64,000 nt of DNA from Trypanosoma brucei (lineage: Eukaryota). The notes beneath the pieces were generated by a model. That model was not told where the DNA came from, made no database searches, and was given only the letters and a program-made list of their open reading frames with translations. A program made the position numbers and the translations under genes. Shown here piece by piece: positions 1 through 10,826 of this stretch; position 1 is the stretch's first letter, and every line of letters begins with the position of its first letter. The stretch covers positions 320,001-384,000 of the forward strand of contig CP000071.1 in assembly GCA_000002445.1 (NCBI GenBank), read 5' to 3'.

Positions 1-856
1 ACTGATTCTATCTTTAATCGTATCAAAAGCTGGAGACCGGCATGACATCGACCAGGAAGGCCGTTTCATCGCACTTTCACCCTGCAACTGTCGTTGCCTC
101 ATATAAATCACGAGACAATACTACACAAGAAAACGCAAGATTGGTGACAGCACCTTTCCGCTACGTCAGCAATCCCCCTCCTGCACCACGCGAGCCCTCA
201 GCAGGTCGTTTAGAACCCCTCAGAAGAGATAGCCACAAGGTACTGAAAAATGGGTGAAGGGCTCACCCACAACAGTCAAAGAGAGAAGAAAAGGGAAAAT
301 ATGTGCAACAAGGGTGCTGACGCCTCATTTCAAAAAATGAAGGGAAACCAAAGAAAATAGTGCTGCTAATAAAGAAAAAGTGTAGAATGGAGGAGAAAGC
401 GGGAAACCCCTTGGCTTGAATGCATTGCCACTTGTACAAACCGTTGCGGTCGATCATTTAGATGAAAGTTCGGTTACCTAAGTGCACCGCACATTTATTC
501 CGGTTATTGGAACAGACGACAGGAAAATAGAAAAAAAATGGTCTGAGAAGAATGATGCAGTAATGGCAAGGAGGTTGGTATGAAAAGCACTGCCGCGGCG
601 CGAAAACAAAAAAAATTGAAGTAATTTAAAAACAGAAAAGGCAAAAGAAGTAACTTCCCATCACAACAACGCGATTACCATGATGCTGCTCTCAGCAACT
701 AAAAAGAGAGAGTGTGTGAGTAACGGACGCCACCTCATAAATGCAACATTCAGACACCATCTATATGTGATTCTTCCTGGATACGGGCCTCCATTGCACC
801 CGCAGCGACACACTTCACTTGCTTCTATTGGATGTCACATACACACAAACAAGTTG

Positions 857-2128
857 TTACAACACCCGGTTCTCAGCTTGTCCGCCGTCGTGTATACCAT
901 TAAGAATGGTCCTTATGGCCCGAACAGCATTGAGCTCGTCACTTACAACACTCTGGGGATTCACAGCAGCTCCCTCCGCGAGGCTCTGATTAGCATCACT
1001 CCACGCGCGGCCTCTCTGCATATTAGTCAGCTGCCGCAGTTGTTCCTCCCTCCGGCTCGGCTCAAAGAAGACAACCCCTGGCGGATGGTGCGCCCGGACG
1101 ACTAGCCGCCCTTTTTCCTCAGGGATGAAGGGCCAGCCCCTTGCTATCGTATTGTTCTCAATACGCTGGCGTCGTGCTCGCTCCAGAGCACGCAGCTCCC
1201 GTTCCTTGGAAGTGGTGACAACGTTGTAATCGGTGCCGCTTTGGCCGCCGAAACCCCTCGCAAGCGAGTACCGCTGAGCATCAAGACGCTCGGCAGCGGC
1301 GGCCTCGCGACTGGACTGAATTCGGTCGTTCATTTCTTGGCGCAGTCGCTGCAACTCCGCAAGACGTTCGTGCCGCGCGAAACTCTCCGCCATCTTCCAC
1401 CCATCGTCATGCATCCAATCACGATACCGCCTGTACGCCAGAAGGAAAAGTACACATATGCCGAGGTAAGCTACAATGGCACGAAGAAGAATGGAACTCA
1501 TCGGCATGTTCCATGCCCGTCGTACCTGGGCGTGCATCGAAAAGGGGTTCGAGGTCGAGAAGGGATTATCTGTGAAGCTACGGTCACTTTGCTTGTACGT
1601 ATAGAAGCCTCGCCGGGGGTTAGCGGTCTGCTTGAAATAGTCTGCGTTCGAAGCGCCGCGATAGTCGTAACTGGTGCCTGCATCGTGCGAACCCTGCGCG
1701 GCGTACCGACCAGAGGTATCGTAAGAAGGAGTTCCATTACCACTGCTACCTGCGCGGCTACTGTAGTGGTAACTACCGCCTCGATAAGTCGCTTGCTGAG
1801 CCTTGAATTGCTCCCGCTCTAGCTTGGAAAGATCCTTTAACCGATTATATGCCACGGTTATGCGGCTCATTGCGGCCGCATCACCACCGGCGTCAGGGTG
1901 GTGCTTCTGGACGAGGCCACGGTAAATCTTCTTCAAATGTTTTGGGTCACTATCCACATCAACCCCTAGCACGGAGCATGCATCCCTCACTTCGTCATAT
2001 GTCGGGGCACGTTGCCCAGCCGATGCAAAACGACGCGCGGTCACCTGCGGCCATGCAGGCGGCAGAGTTGCGAAGCGAATGCCGGTTCGAGCCGTCAAGC
2101 CTGAGCGGAGGAGCGCGGCAGAAGTCAT
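857..2128 (-). CDS. J-domain (DnaJ/Hsp40-like) membrane protein: N-terminal Arg/Ser-rich presequence-like segment, J domain with HPD motif (KIYRGLVQKHHPDAGGD), G/S/Y-rich linker, one TM helix (ILLRAIVAYLGICVLFLLAY), C-terminal coiled coil. Putative mitochondrial J protein.
   Basis: Track ORF 857..2446(-) begins with a TTG in a purine-rich tract (MQVRVESKSREKE...), so I trimmed it to the in-frame ATG at 2128..2126 (+ strand 'cat', verified). The HPD motif and flanking J-domain helix consensus can be read directly. An alternative ATG at 2329 cannot be excluded. Confidence 0.6.
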   Translation of the reverse strand: MTSAALLRSGLTARTGIRFATLPPAWPQVTARRFASAGQRAPTYDEVRDACSVLGVDVDSDPKHLKKIYRGLVQKHHPDAGGDAAAMSRITVAYNRLKDLSKLEREQFKAQQATYRGGSYHYSSRAGSSGNGTPSYDTSGRYAAQGSHDAGTSYDYRGASNADYFKQTANPRRGFYTYKQSDRSFTDNPFSTSNPFSMHAQVRRAWNMPMSSILLRAIVAYLGICVLFLLAYRRYRDWMHDDGWKMAESFARHERLAELQRLRQEMNDRIQSSREAAAAERLDAQRYSLARGFGGQSGTDYNVVTTSKERELRALERARRQRIENNTIARGWPFIPEEKGRLVVRAHHPPGVVFFEPSRREEQLRQLTNMQRGRAWSDANQSLAEGAAVNPQSVVSDELNAVRAIRTILNGIHDGGQAENRVL

Positions 2129-3311
2129 TAGTGGCGTGCTGCGAGCATATGCACGTGGACGTGACACTAAAGTCTCAACATATCCAAATGGCGACTCGGT
2201 GTCGCTTCGACTGCGCTGTGGAGAGCACGAAGGCCTCCTCCACAAGATATGCGCTACCCTCCGACACATAGTTACATGACTCATAAGAAAATGTGGCGAA
2301 TAGACGCCAGCCCACTTGCCATAACTCATTTTCGTTGCGTTTCTTCTAACAGCTCCCACTATCCTCAATTCCTTTTCCTTTTTCTCTTTTTCCTCCTTTT
2401 CCCACGTCTCTTTCTCCCTACTCTTGCTCTCAACCCTTACTTGCAACTCGATAATCGTGGCGTATCTTCCTACACCGAATCACTGTACCTGTCGCACACG
2501 ATGGAAAACAGAGGAAGGAGGGGGGAAATGGAAAATGAGGATAATAGCAACAATAACAACGGTGATAATGATACAAGTGCTACACAGCACTCTTCACTGT
2601 AGTTTACACCTTGCACCACACACGAATATATCCAACTGTGCCAGGACTCCTGGGAAGAAAGGGAGTTGGTAGTGAAGAGTAACTTCAAATCCCCTTCCGT
2701 AACCGGAAAGGTTACGAAAAAGGAATAAAACAAATGGATTAAAAGGAAGCAAGCAACATATAACCAACCATGAATAAATATGATGAATGCCCACACTCCG
2801 AGCCGTTCCCCCCACCACACCGGGTATGTGCCACTACCTCACTTGTCCCCATTTCCGACACAACTCCTAGTGAGTCTGCGGAAACAATAAAATAAAAAGC
2901 GGCCAAACACCCCGCTTTACGGGTCGATATGCTTCGGATAATGCACACCGCACTGCGCACATGATATTGTTCACGGTGAGGTAACCAAAAACCGGGAAAA
3001 TATAGTGGAAATAAAAAGAGGCTAAAAGTGAGGAATGGACGAAAAAGGGATCAAAAATGGAGGGTAGGCGCTTAACCGCCCGTCAGATCCGTCAGCAACA
3101 GCGATACTTCAAATACAGATAATTAAAAAAACATACCGCCTCTGAGACTAACATTTAAAAATAAAAACAGAACTACAACTGCACGCGTTTTTTTTCCTTT
3201 TTTTTCTTGAAAGGAGAGTGATAGAAGAATGGAAGGGGGGAAACCACTCATAAGACCGTTGTGAACGCAGCCCGTGTCGGCCGGTTCACGCTTGGATGGA
3301 AAAGATAATGC

Positions 3312-3333
3312 ATATATATATATATATATATAT
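3312..3333. repeat. (AT)11 microsatellite.
   Basis: Direct read. Confidence 0.9.
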
Positions 3334-3521
3334 CATATGCCCGCAGTGTGTCGAAGGGCTTTCACTCTCAACCAAGAGAAGTGGGGGGGGGAAAAGGAAA
3401 AAAGAAAAAAACTTATGGCTTCAAATAACAGAAGGTCATGCCCCGAATATAGGATGAAGCAGTGTCTCATCACCCATCCCGTTTGCTTCACTCGTCTATG
3501 ATCGTCTTTCCATCTTTGACC

Positions 3522-5630
3522 TCATTCCACCGGTGCAGCTTCATCCTGCTCGTCAAAACGCAGTTCCTCCAGCGAAGTCATGCCTTTGCTATCGTATGTA
3601 CACTTCCACACGGTACGATACGGTACATCCAACCACATGCAACTCTCTGCAGAAATACTCCCAAAGTACGTCAGTAGGGCGCGTAGCACAGCACGGTGCG
3701 CAACAATAACAACAACGCGGTCTGTGTTCTCAAGTTCCATGATGACGGGCTCAAGGCGTTGTACAAGGTCCTTGTAGCTTTCACCCTTGGGATAACGAAA
3801 GCTAAATTTGTTGCAATTGCGGAGCTCCTGCATCAGTGGGCACTGCTCACGAAGTTCCGCGTGCGTCAAATTCTCGCAGACACCGGCATACAATTCGTTC
3901 AGGCTGTGGCACCGTGTTGTCTTAATCCCAAGCAACTGCTCACACTTCTCTACGGTTTGAATTGCGCGATATAGTTGACTCGTCCATATCACGACACGTT
4001 GCGGGCTGTCGGGAAACCCGTAAGCACTATGAGTATCGGTGCTTGCACACGTTCCACTCCCTTCCCGCACCCGACCATCTCCATCACCAGCCGTATGCGC
4101 AGTTTCGCAAACGCAGGAATCTGTATCATTCCTCTCTTGCTCCACGTACTGCGTCAAGGAAGCAACAAACTCAAGCAACTCAATAGTATCCTGCTCTCCC
4201 TCTGGAGAAAGCGGCGAGTCGCCACCGATTCGATCCTCGCAATGGTAAACAGACATACCATTACGAACAAAGTAAATAGGGTGTTGAACCTTCAGTTGAG
4301 TGACGTTCATAACAAACGAAACAATGCGACTAGCGATGTATCCCATCACACCACACACCTCCACTTCGTGGAAGTTATTTACCCTCACGTACCGCTTGGT
4401 GCCCCTCTGCTTAGCAACCTTCTCCTCCAACATGGTGCAAGCACTATTGTCGCCAGTTTTCGAGTTCGACTGGTTCGCACAGCATGAGGCAGCGCCGACA
4501 GACGTGTACACACTCTTCAGGTAATCCACACGCCGCTCAAAATCTCTTTTTGCATCGTTCAGTTTTACACTTGAGTGATATTCCATTACATCCCTCACCT
4601 TAAATTCATCAAATGTTTTGTTAAATTTGTTGCTTCGCACCACCTCTACGAAGAACGTCTGTGTACAAAGTGGGGAAAATAGACCTTCGGCTTCGTCACG
4701 CAACTCTTCCGTAGGGAAGTCATCATTGAGCACAAGCACTTCACCGCCTTCGGCGTAGAAGTTCTGGGCGTCATGAGCATACTGCTGCAGAACGCAACGG
4801 TAGAGCCTCCGCTCAACGCTGTTCGAATCACTTACAAGCGCATGGAAGTGCTCCGCCCGAACGTAAACCGGGTCCTTTTCCTTCAGCCTGCTCCGTTCAG
4901 ACCGTGATTCATCTCCTTGCCCGTTATAGTAATTCATCAGCAACCGTCGCCAAGCAACCTGAACGTTTAGAACCTTTGCACGGTGACCATGCCACCCCAG
5001 TAGTCGGCAAACCTTGTGCGCAAGAAACGTTTTACCGCGTGCTGGTAAACCCACCATGATGACACACAACGTAGTCGTATAGGAATGTGTCTTATCATCA
5101 AAGTGTACTGGGCCTTGGTAAGATAACGGTCCGGTATAGTTGTCCAGTGGTGGGGAAGCGCTAACAGCGGGTGAGTAAAGAGGGGTGGAGCTGACCTGTG
5201 ATGCACCTGCAACATGTGAGCCCTCTCCGACACACAAATCAACGTCGTTTTGAAAGTCCACCGCGGGAGAATTAAGGGAAGCAATAGACTTGGAGACCGT
5301 GTCCGCATCCCCACGATCCACCCCCGGTTCTTCACCGTTTTGTTCACCGGAGACCCCGACCACAGTGTGGGCGGACGTTTTAGCTATTTCTGCCCTCCTC
5401 TGCAGGTTAATCTTTCGCCATTTCCACTTGTGAAAGGGGCGAATAGGGCCGTGAAGCAATTTTTTCACAACCAACATGCGCTGTGACGCATCCAACGGAC
5501 ACGAGGCATCGACCTCACTGCAACAACCTCCGCGACTATATCTGTTACCCTTGTTCATGGCATTGCGCTCACTCAACTCCATCAGCACCTCGGCCTCAGA
5601 AGTTGTCTGGGGCTTAGGAGCCTCCGTCAT
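3522..5630 (-). CDS. 6-phosphofructo-2-kinase / fructose-2,6-bisphosphatase (bifunctional PFK-2/FBPase-2 family).
   Basis: PFK-2 nucleotide-binding signature GLPARGKTF is present, and a C-terminal histidine-phosphatase (FBPase-2) region follows (VVVIVAHRAVLRALLTYF). The track start at 5735 is GTG, so I trimmed to the first in-frame ATG at 5630..5628 (verified). The N-terminal extension before the kinase core is typical of kinetoplastid isoenzymes. Confidence 0.75.
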   Translation of the reverse strand: MTEAPKPQTTSEAEVLMELSERNAMNKGNRYSRGGCCSEVDASCPLDASQRMLVVKKLLHGPIRPFHKWKWRKINLQRRAEIAKTSAHTVVGVSGEQNGEEPGVDRGDADTVSKSIASLNSPAVDFQNDVDLCVGEGSHVAGASQVSSTPLYSPAVSASPPLDNYTGPLSYQGPVHFDDKTHSYTTTLCVIMVGLPARGKTFLAHKVCRLLGWHGHRAKVLNVQVAWRRLLMNYYNGQGDESRSERSRLKEKDPVYVRAEHFHALVSDSNSVERRLYRCVLQQYAHDAQNFYAEGGEVLVLNDDFPTEELRDEAEGLFSPLCTQTFFVEVVRSNKFNKTFDEFKVRDVMEYHSSVKLNDAKRDFERRVDYLKSVYTSVGAASCCANQSNSKTGDNSACTMLEEKVAKQRGTKRYVRVNNFHEVEVCGVMGYIASRIVSFVMNVTQLKVQHPIYFVRNGMSVYHCEDRIGGDSPLSPEGEQDTIELLEFVASLTQYVEQERNDTDSCVCETAHTAGDGDGRVREGSGTCASTDTHSAYGFPDSPQRVVIWTSQLYRAIQTVEKCEQLLGIKTTRCHSLNELYAGVCENLTHAELREQCPLMQELRNCNKFSFRYPKGESYKDLVQRLEPVIMELENTDRVVVIVAHRAVLRALLTYFGSISAESCMWLDVPYRTVWKCTYDSKGMTSLEELRFDEQDEAAPVE

Positions 5631-6868
5631 ATGCCAATTAAATCCGACTATAACCGACTTTTGGCACCGCAGCAGTAGCTGCACCCCGCCTACAGCCTCT
5701 GCTTCGTTGTTGTTGTTGTTTTCACCCTCCCCCACACTCTCTCTTTTGCTTCAAAAAGAGAAACGTCTATTTTGCCAACTGTTTTTCCTTTTCGTTGCGC
5801 CGAGACCTTGTGGTGTATCTGCCTTGTCCTGCGGGGACACCAATGATACAATAATCCCGAAAGAAAAGTGGACCTGAGTGTCGCGCGAAAAGATAAATCT
5901 CGTACGTATGTAAGATATGATTATTTATGCGTATGTATGTATACCGGAAAGAATAGTTACGGAAGCAAACCTGTACTCCTGGAGGCCAACGGACTAATGG
6001 GTCCTCCTTTCCTTCGTTGCGCTTCTGCTGTCCTTACTGCAAATGCTACCGGTAGATTTCCCTTGTCTTCTCTTCTCCCTTGAGGTATCCGTCTTTCCCA
6101 CACTTTCTTAATCTTTGAATATATTTCTGACTGACCCTCGTCACTAAAACTGCTTTGTTCTTTGATGATATACTCCCTTGTATTATAGTGATAATGATTA
6201 TCACGCTCTCACTGCTTCCTTATGAGCACTCACGAGTAAAGCAAAACAACAGTAATAATAAATGATCACATCTGAGATTGTGAAACGCGTCAGAGGACGG
6301 TTTAAACTCCTTTCCAGCGGAAGTAGCGACAACGGTAGCAGCGCCACTAAATTTCGCATTTGTAATTGGGTCACTGTTCAGGTAAAAAGGTGACCACAAA
6401 AAAACGAGTGCATACATATATGCATATGTATACATGTATATTAAAGCGGTAACAAATAACGGATAAAACGCCCCGTAGGGGCCACATCAACGAGCGATAA
6501 GGAAAAAAAAAAGACTCAAACACAATCCATGCATATATATATATATACATGTGTATCTGTATATGTGCGTGTGCGCGCGCACTCATATGCGGTGCAACAT
6601 TATCGATATAAGTTGAACGAGGACAGAGGGTTACACACTGATGTCCCTTCAACCACTCGTACCGCCATCCCACCATTTCCGATGTCTATTACGACCAACA
6701 CTGCCGGGCGATTATAACCATGGGTAGGTGTCAGTAAGCGTACCCAACAGGTTACAGAAAAGAGGGGGGGAAATCTCGACGCAATGATTCCCACTCGGAG
6801 GTGAACCAGGGGTTAATGAATACACGACAGACCCAACAGCAAAATAGCGCACTTAAAACCACAGACCT

Positions 6869-7750
6869 TCACCTCAATTCACGTTTGGAAAAAGACTCAG
6901 AATTGGTGTAGAGGCCCCGCGCGGCGTAGTGTTTCTTCACTGCCACAAAAATCATACAAATAAGCAAAAAGACGGTGACGGCAAAAACACCAGCGACTAT
7001 ATGGCGGCCAAACGCCGCACTGACAATCTGCGCCCGCTCTGCCCGCTGCCTGGTCCTCGCCCATTCGTCAGCATTGGCACCAAACAACCCCGATGGTGCA
7101 CGAGACCCAAAACTGCCAGCACAACAGTCCCTAAATCGACCACCAGCCAGGTGACCTGTACGCCTGTACTCGCGGAGTATTTCAGCAGCGGAGACTCGTG
7201 CGTCCGTTGCCGCGCCACCTAAAACATAAAACAAAAAGGACCGCCTTTGATTTCTTGGTGGGTGGTTGTCCACCTTCCACGGTGGGGCCTCGTTCCTCAT
7301 CTCACGCCGACGCTGCTCAAATTTGTTGAACTCAAATGTAGCTCTGCTCCCTTCGCCCTTTCGGCCAGCCACACCTTCGTATACTCTCCGCCCTCGCTCT
7401 GTTTCCTCTTCCTGCTGTACTCTTTGCTTTAAAAGGGCATGTCGTTCCGCCTCAGTGAATCGGCGCAGCAACTTATACGCCTCTACCCCGCGGCGCATTT
7501 TGTCCTCGGCAACTGACGACTCCTCGGTGCCACCTTGCAAGACATCAGGATGGTTACTCTTAGCCAATGATTGAAAGCGATCCCTTACCTCGGCGTCACT
7601 GGCACTATCGGAGAGTGAAAGGACTCGTAGCGCCTGTCTAATTTCCTCTACCAAATGAGCGGTCGATGTTGAGAGAAAACGACGTTGGAAGACATACCAG
7701 CGAGCAGCAACATCGCTTATGAGAGCCCTGCGGAGGCCCTCTGTCCGCAT
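6869..7750 (-). CDS. Second J-domain membrane protein: presequence-like N-terminus (MRTEGLRRALISDVAARWYVFQRRFLST), J domain with HPD (FQSLAKSNHPDVLQGG ... AYKLLRRF), C-terminal TM helix (IVAGVFAVTVFLLICMIFVAV).
   Basis: The track ORF starts on GTG at 7756; the first ATG is at 7750..7748 (verified 'cat' on +). J-domain motifs and hydrophobic segment can be read directly. Same architecture as the gene at 857..2128. Confidence 0.6.
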   Translation of the reverse strand: MRTEGLRRALISDVAARWYVFQRRFLSTSTAHLVEEIRQALRVLSLSDSASDAEVRDRFQSLAKSNHPDVLQGGTEESSVAEDKMRRGVEAYKLLRRFTEAERHALLKQRVQQEEETERGRRVYEGVAGRKGEGSRATFEFNKFEQRRREMRNEAPPWKVDNHPPRNQRRSFLFYVLGGAATDARVSAAEILREYRRTGHLAGGRFRDCCAGSFGSRAPSGLFGANADEWARTRQRAERAQIVSAAFGRHIVAGVFAVTVFLLICMIFVAVKKHYAARGLYTNSESFSKRELR

Positions 7751-8539
7751 ACTCACAAGGTTCTCTCCTTCCCCCTCCCTCCCTCCGTTTACCCACGCCG
7801 CCGCTAGAACACTTCAACGTCTTCCTTCGTAATTAATCTCCACTTGCTACCGCTACGGTGAGGCAGCTACGCGTGATGGTAACAAAACAGGCAGGTAGAA
7901 GAGGTAGAAAGAACTGCTGAATAACAAAAGACCTCGTTGACGGAATGCCCATTCACACCTAACATGTGTGAAGGAGAGGATGGAGACCAACAAAGCATCA
8001 CTGTCAGATAGGGGTAGACAAGCTCTGGTTTGGCCGAGGAAAGAGAAAAGAAAGAAGGGTGTGTGTAAGCACTCATTTGCAATTATGTCTGCCTCTCACT
8101 ATATATTTAAAAAAAACGAAAATAAACGAACAAAGGACGTTAATAGGGAAGTTGGGCTTCCACTGCTGCAGCGGAAGCGACCAACCGTTAGCACACATAC
8201 ATACACATCTACATCGATAAATAAATATATATGTTTATATGCGGAGTCACACAGATTTATCGATTTGCAGAAATCGGAGAAACATCCGACCACCGCGCAC
8301 AACGCTTGTACCGTTGGGATTCGCCTCACAAAAATGCAAATGAGGGGCATAAGTGCCTAAAACTGCGGGTTCATCCTGAAAAGACCCCGACTGCATAAAC
8401 TGACTACACCCATATATCCTTGATGCAAAGAAATCAAATAAAAACAAACTAGGGTTGCACAGCCTTTCCCACAGGTACACACAAGTATGCGTGTTCCACT
8501 GATGCAAGCGTGTAAGCCCTTCCCCCTTTGCGAAGCGAC

Positions 8540-8974
8540 TCAGTGAAACCGAGTTCCACAATAACAATGTTCTCTCGTGCACGGTGGACGCTTTTTGCGA
8601 CGGCTACCGCATGACCCCTGAGCTCCTGCGCCACCCTCACCATCACCGCAGGCTTCACCATTTTGCTTCGCCTCATTGTTGTTTGCACAACCGTGGCAGC
8701 TGTCATCCTGATCACTACAACTACTACTAGTGCTGTCATCATCACTGCTGCTCTCACCAAAGAGTTTCTTTTTGTGGAAAATGCAGCAACTCTTACTTAC
8801 GCGTTGGTTTTGGTTATCCTTTACGTTAGCCTCCCAAGAGATGTGTCGGTCCCGGGAAGCCGATGAGGGGGCGGGACGCAAATGAAGTGTCACCTCTCGG
8901 CGCGGAATAAAAGCAACTTGCGTCTGTTGTATTCCTTCCGCCTGGTGGGTGCCCAATTGCTGAGACGAAGACAT
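8540..8974 (-). CDS. Protein phosphatase 1 regulatory subunit 11 / inhibitor-3 / Ypi1-like small protein.
   Basis: Conserved family core RHISWEANVKDNQNQRVSKSCCIFHKKKLFGESSSDDDS...SCHGC aligns with human PPP1R11 ...[42 protein letters not shown]...GCGH. The track ORF starts at 9025 on a non-ATG codon; I trimmed to the ATG at 8974..8972 (verified). The overlapping ORF 8449..8760(-) is an out-of-frame artefact. Confidence 0.55.
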   Translation of the reverse strand: MSSSQQLGTHQAEGIQQTQVAFIPRREVTLHLRPAPSSASRDRHISWEANVKDNQNQRVSKSCCIFHKKKLFGESSSDDDSTSSSCSDQDDSCHGCANNNEAKQNGEACGDGEGGAGAQGSCGSRRKKRPPCTREHCYCGTRFH

Positions 8975-9959
8975 GACAAAAGAGCACCTTCCCTTTTTTC
9001 TTTCCTTTTTTTCCTTAATTTTCACCTTTTTGTATTCTTGCTTTGCTTAGATCGTAACTGTATTGCTAGTAACTGGGGCGAATATTGAGTACTGTGGGGT
9101 AAAATTAACTGAGATAAAATAAAAGGCGCTCTTTGTTCCTCTTTTCCACACACCAGTGTTATCACCACTATCGCCGCTAGTGGCACTGTTTCTACTCGAA
9201 ATATGTATAGGACAACTGCTTTTTAGTGTTTACTTGACTGATTATTTTTTTTTCCCCCTTCGGTGAGCCCGATGTGTTTAGTGAAGTAATGAATTAAGAT
9301 TTAGAGAAGAATTTTAAAAAAAGAAAAATAAAGAGGAAATGGAAAGGGAAGGAAAGCTAAGAATCAATAACGTTTAGAGTCGTATGAAGCACAGGGAGCG
9401 ATCCAGCGAGTAAAATACGAACACTGAACAGTGTACGAGAAAGGGAAGTAACTGTGCATCAAAGTGGAACAGAAACACATGGCAAGTCGAATACGTCACG
9501 GAATGAAACATGCTTATGGAAAACGGCAAAAAAAAATACATATACAGGTGCACACACGGACTGCAACTAAGAGGAAGACAACAATGAAAAAGAGAACCAG
9601 TGCCACTTACATCTCCGCATAACAACATTTCGTGCGAAGATATCAACCATGCGGGAATGCACATATGCACACGTGTACTCCCACCCACCCACCCCCCAGC
9701 AATCCTTCGCCTCTTAATTCAGCAGCGCACTCATTCGCTCCTTTTAGCACAAGTGAAAGCGGACCACCAAAAAGGAAAGTAAAATAAAAATGTGGAACAC
9801 ACCTGCATTACGTGACAAACCACAACAAACACATTTGTCTAGTGTCTTTATCTTCATATGTACATGAACAACACAATAGACACAACCTTGTCTACTGCTA
9901 CACTCGAGAACCAAAGAAATAGGCCCCAACACAACAGCGCCCTTCACGCAAACAAACAA

Positions 9960-9979
9960 CCACACACACACACACACAC
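9960..9979. repeat. (CA)10 microsatellite in an intergenic region.
   Basis: Direct read. Confidence 0.9.
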
Positions 9980-10506
9980 GTACAAAGAGGGTCAATGAGA
10001 CATGTAAAAGCGAACAAACAGATCAAAAAGCAAAGAAAAAAAAAGGAAAAACACAGTTCAACCAAACGGGCGACGAACGCCCCAACTTATAATTTTATCG
10101 CTGTGATACTTAATCTCTTCATCCCTATCCTACCCCATCTATCCATGCGCACATGCGCATCTCCCCCATGACGTCTAAATTAATGTGAAAGAAAAGGAAA
10201 AATCAAAGCTCCTAGGGGGGTAAACGGGAGGGGAAAAAAAGTAATGCCAAAATGATACACCGCACCGGATGACGTAATAACACTGAAAGGAAATAAGCAC
10301 ACGCACATAAGGCTGTAGACTGGTCTTGAACTATTTGATGTTCCACCGCCTTCCCCACATCTCAATCCTCATATCTACAGTTCAACGATAGTGGCGACAA
10401 CAATGCTTCAGAGTACATTATTTTTCCTCTTCCTACTTGTTACGTGCACTTTTCCCAACACTTCTGTCTCACTACGGTACAACAAATCACCCGGTACTTC
10501 ACTTGT

Positions 10507-10557
10507 GAACCGTAACTGACGGGTGCTGGCTTTCGGAGCACCCGTCAGCTACGGTTC
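10507..10557. repeat. Near-perfect hairpin/palindrome: 21-bp stem (one mismatch at 10515/10549) with a 9-nt loop, gaaccgtaactgacgggtgct-ggctttcgg-agcacccgtcagctacggttc.
   Basis: Arms paired base by base from the sequence. It lies in the intergenic region 8975..10826, in the 3' flank of the 2653-aa gene. Confidence 0.85.
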
Positions 10558-10826
10558 TCGGCACTCATTTGCAGTGAACAAGCATTACCCTCACCTGCAC
10601 TGCGCCTTTCTTGAAGCGGTTATAAACTCAACCCGTCACTCCTCATCACGTTCCTGAGTCAACACTTCTACCCCCCCCCAACAATTGCGGGGGCGACGAA
10701 ACAACGGTGGACAAGAAATAAAAAGAACCCTAAACGATAAAACAGCACCCCACCAAAACCATATAAATTCACACAATCTAATAATGGAACTCACTCACAC
10801 ATACATACACACACACGTGAAATCCG

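Noticed and set aside
1241-1822. + strand ORF of 193 aa and nested small ORFs.
   Set aside because: Antisense to the J-domain protein CDS. No motifs.
2129-2446. N-terminal extension of track ORF 857..2446 (MQVRVESKSREKETWEKEEKEKKEKE...).
   Set aside because: The track's first codon is TTG (+ strand 'caa' at 2444..2446) and the extension translates a purine-rich low-complexity tract. The same GTG/TTG-start artefact was found, and trimmed, at 5735, 7756, 9025, 26487, 29941, 34357, 44163, 48518, 52776 and 58905.
4795-4815. tRNA T-arm-like string (gttcgaatcac), and the general tRNA, snRNA and SL RNA search.
   Set aside because: It lies inside the PFK-2 CDS with no acceptor or anticodon arm context. 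No convincing pol III-type RNA gene was found anywhere by eye.
8449-8760. Minus-strand ORF of 103 aa (MVRAAVMMTALVVVVV...) overlapping the PP1-inhibitor gene.
   Set aside because: Out-of-frame reading of Ser/Asp-rich repeats in the real CDS.
9960-9979. CA/TA dinucleotide runs considered as possible CRISPR-like or regulatory repeat arrays.
   Set aside because: These are simple microsatellites with no spacer/repeat periodicity, typical of kinetoplastid intergenic DNA.
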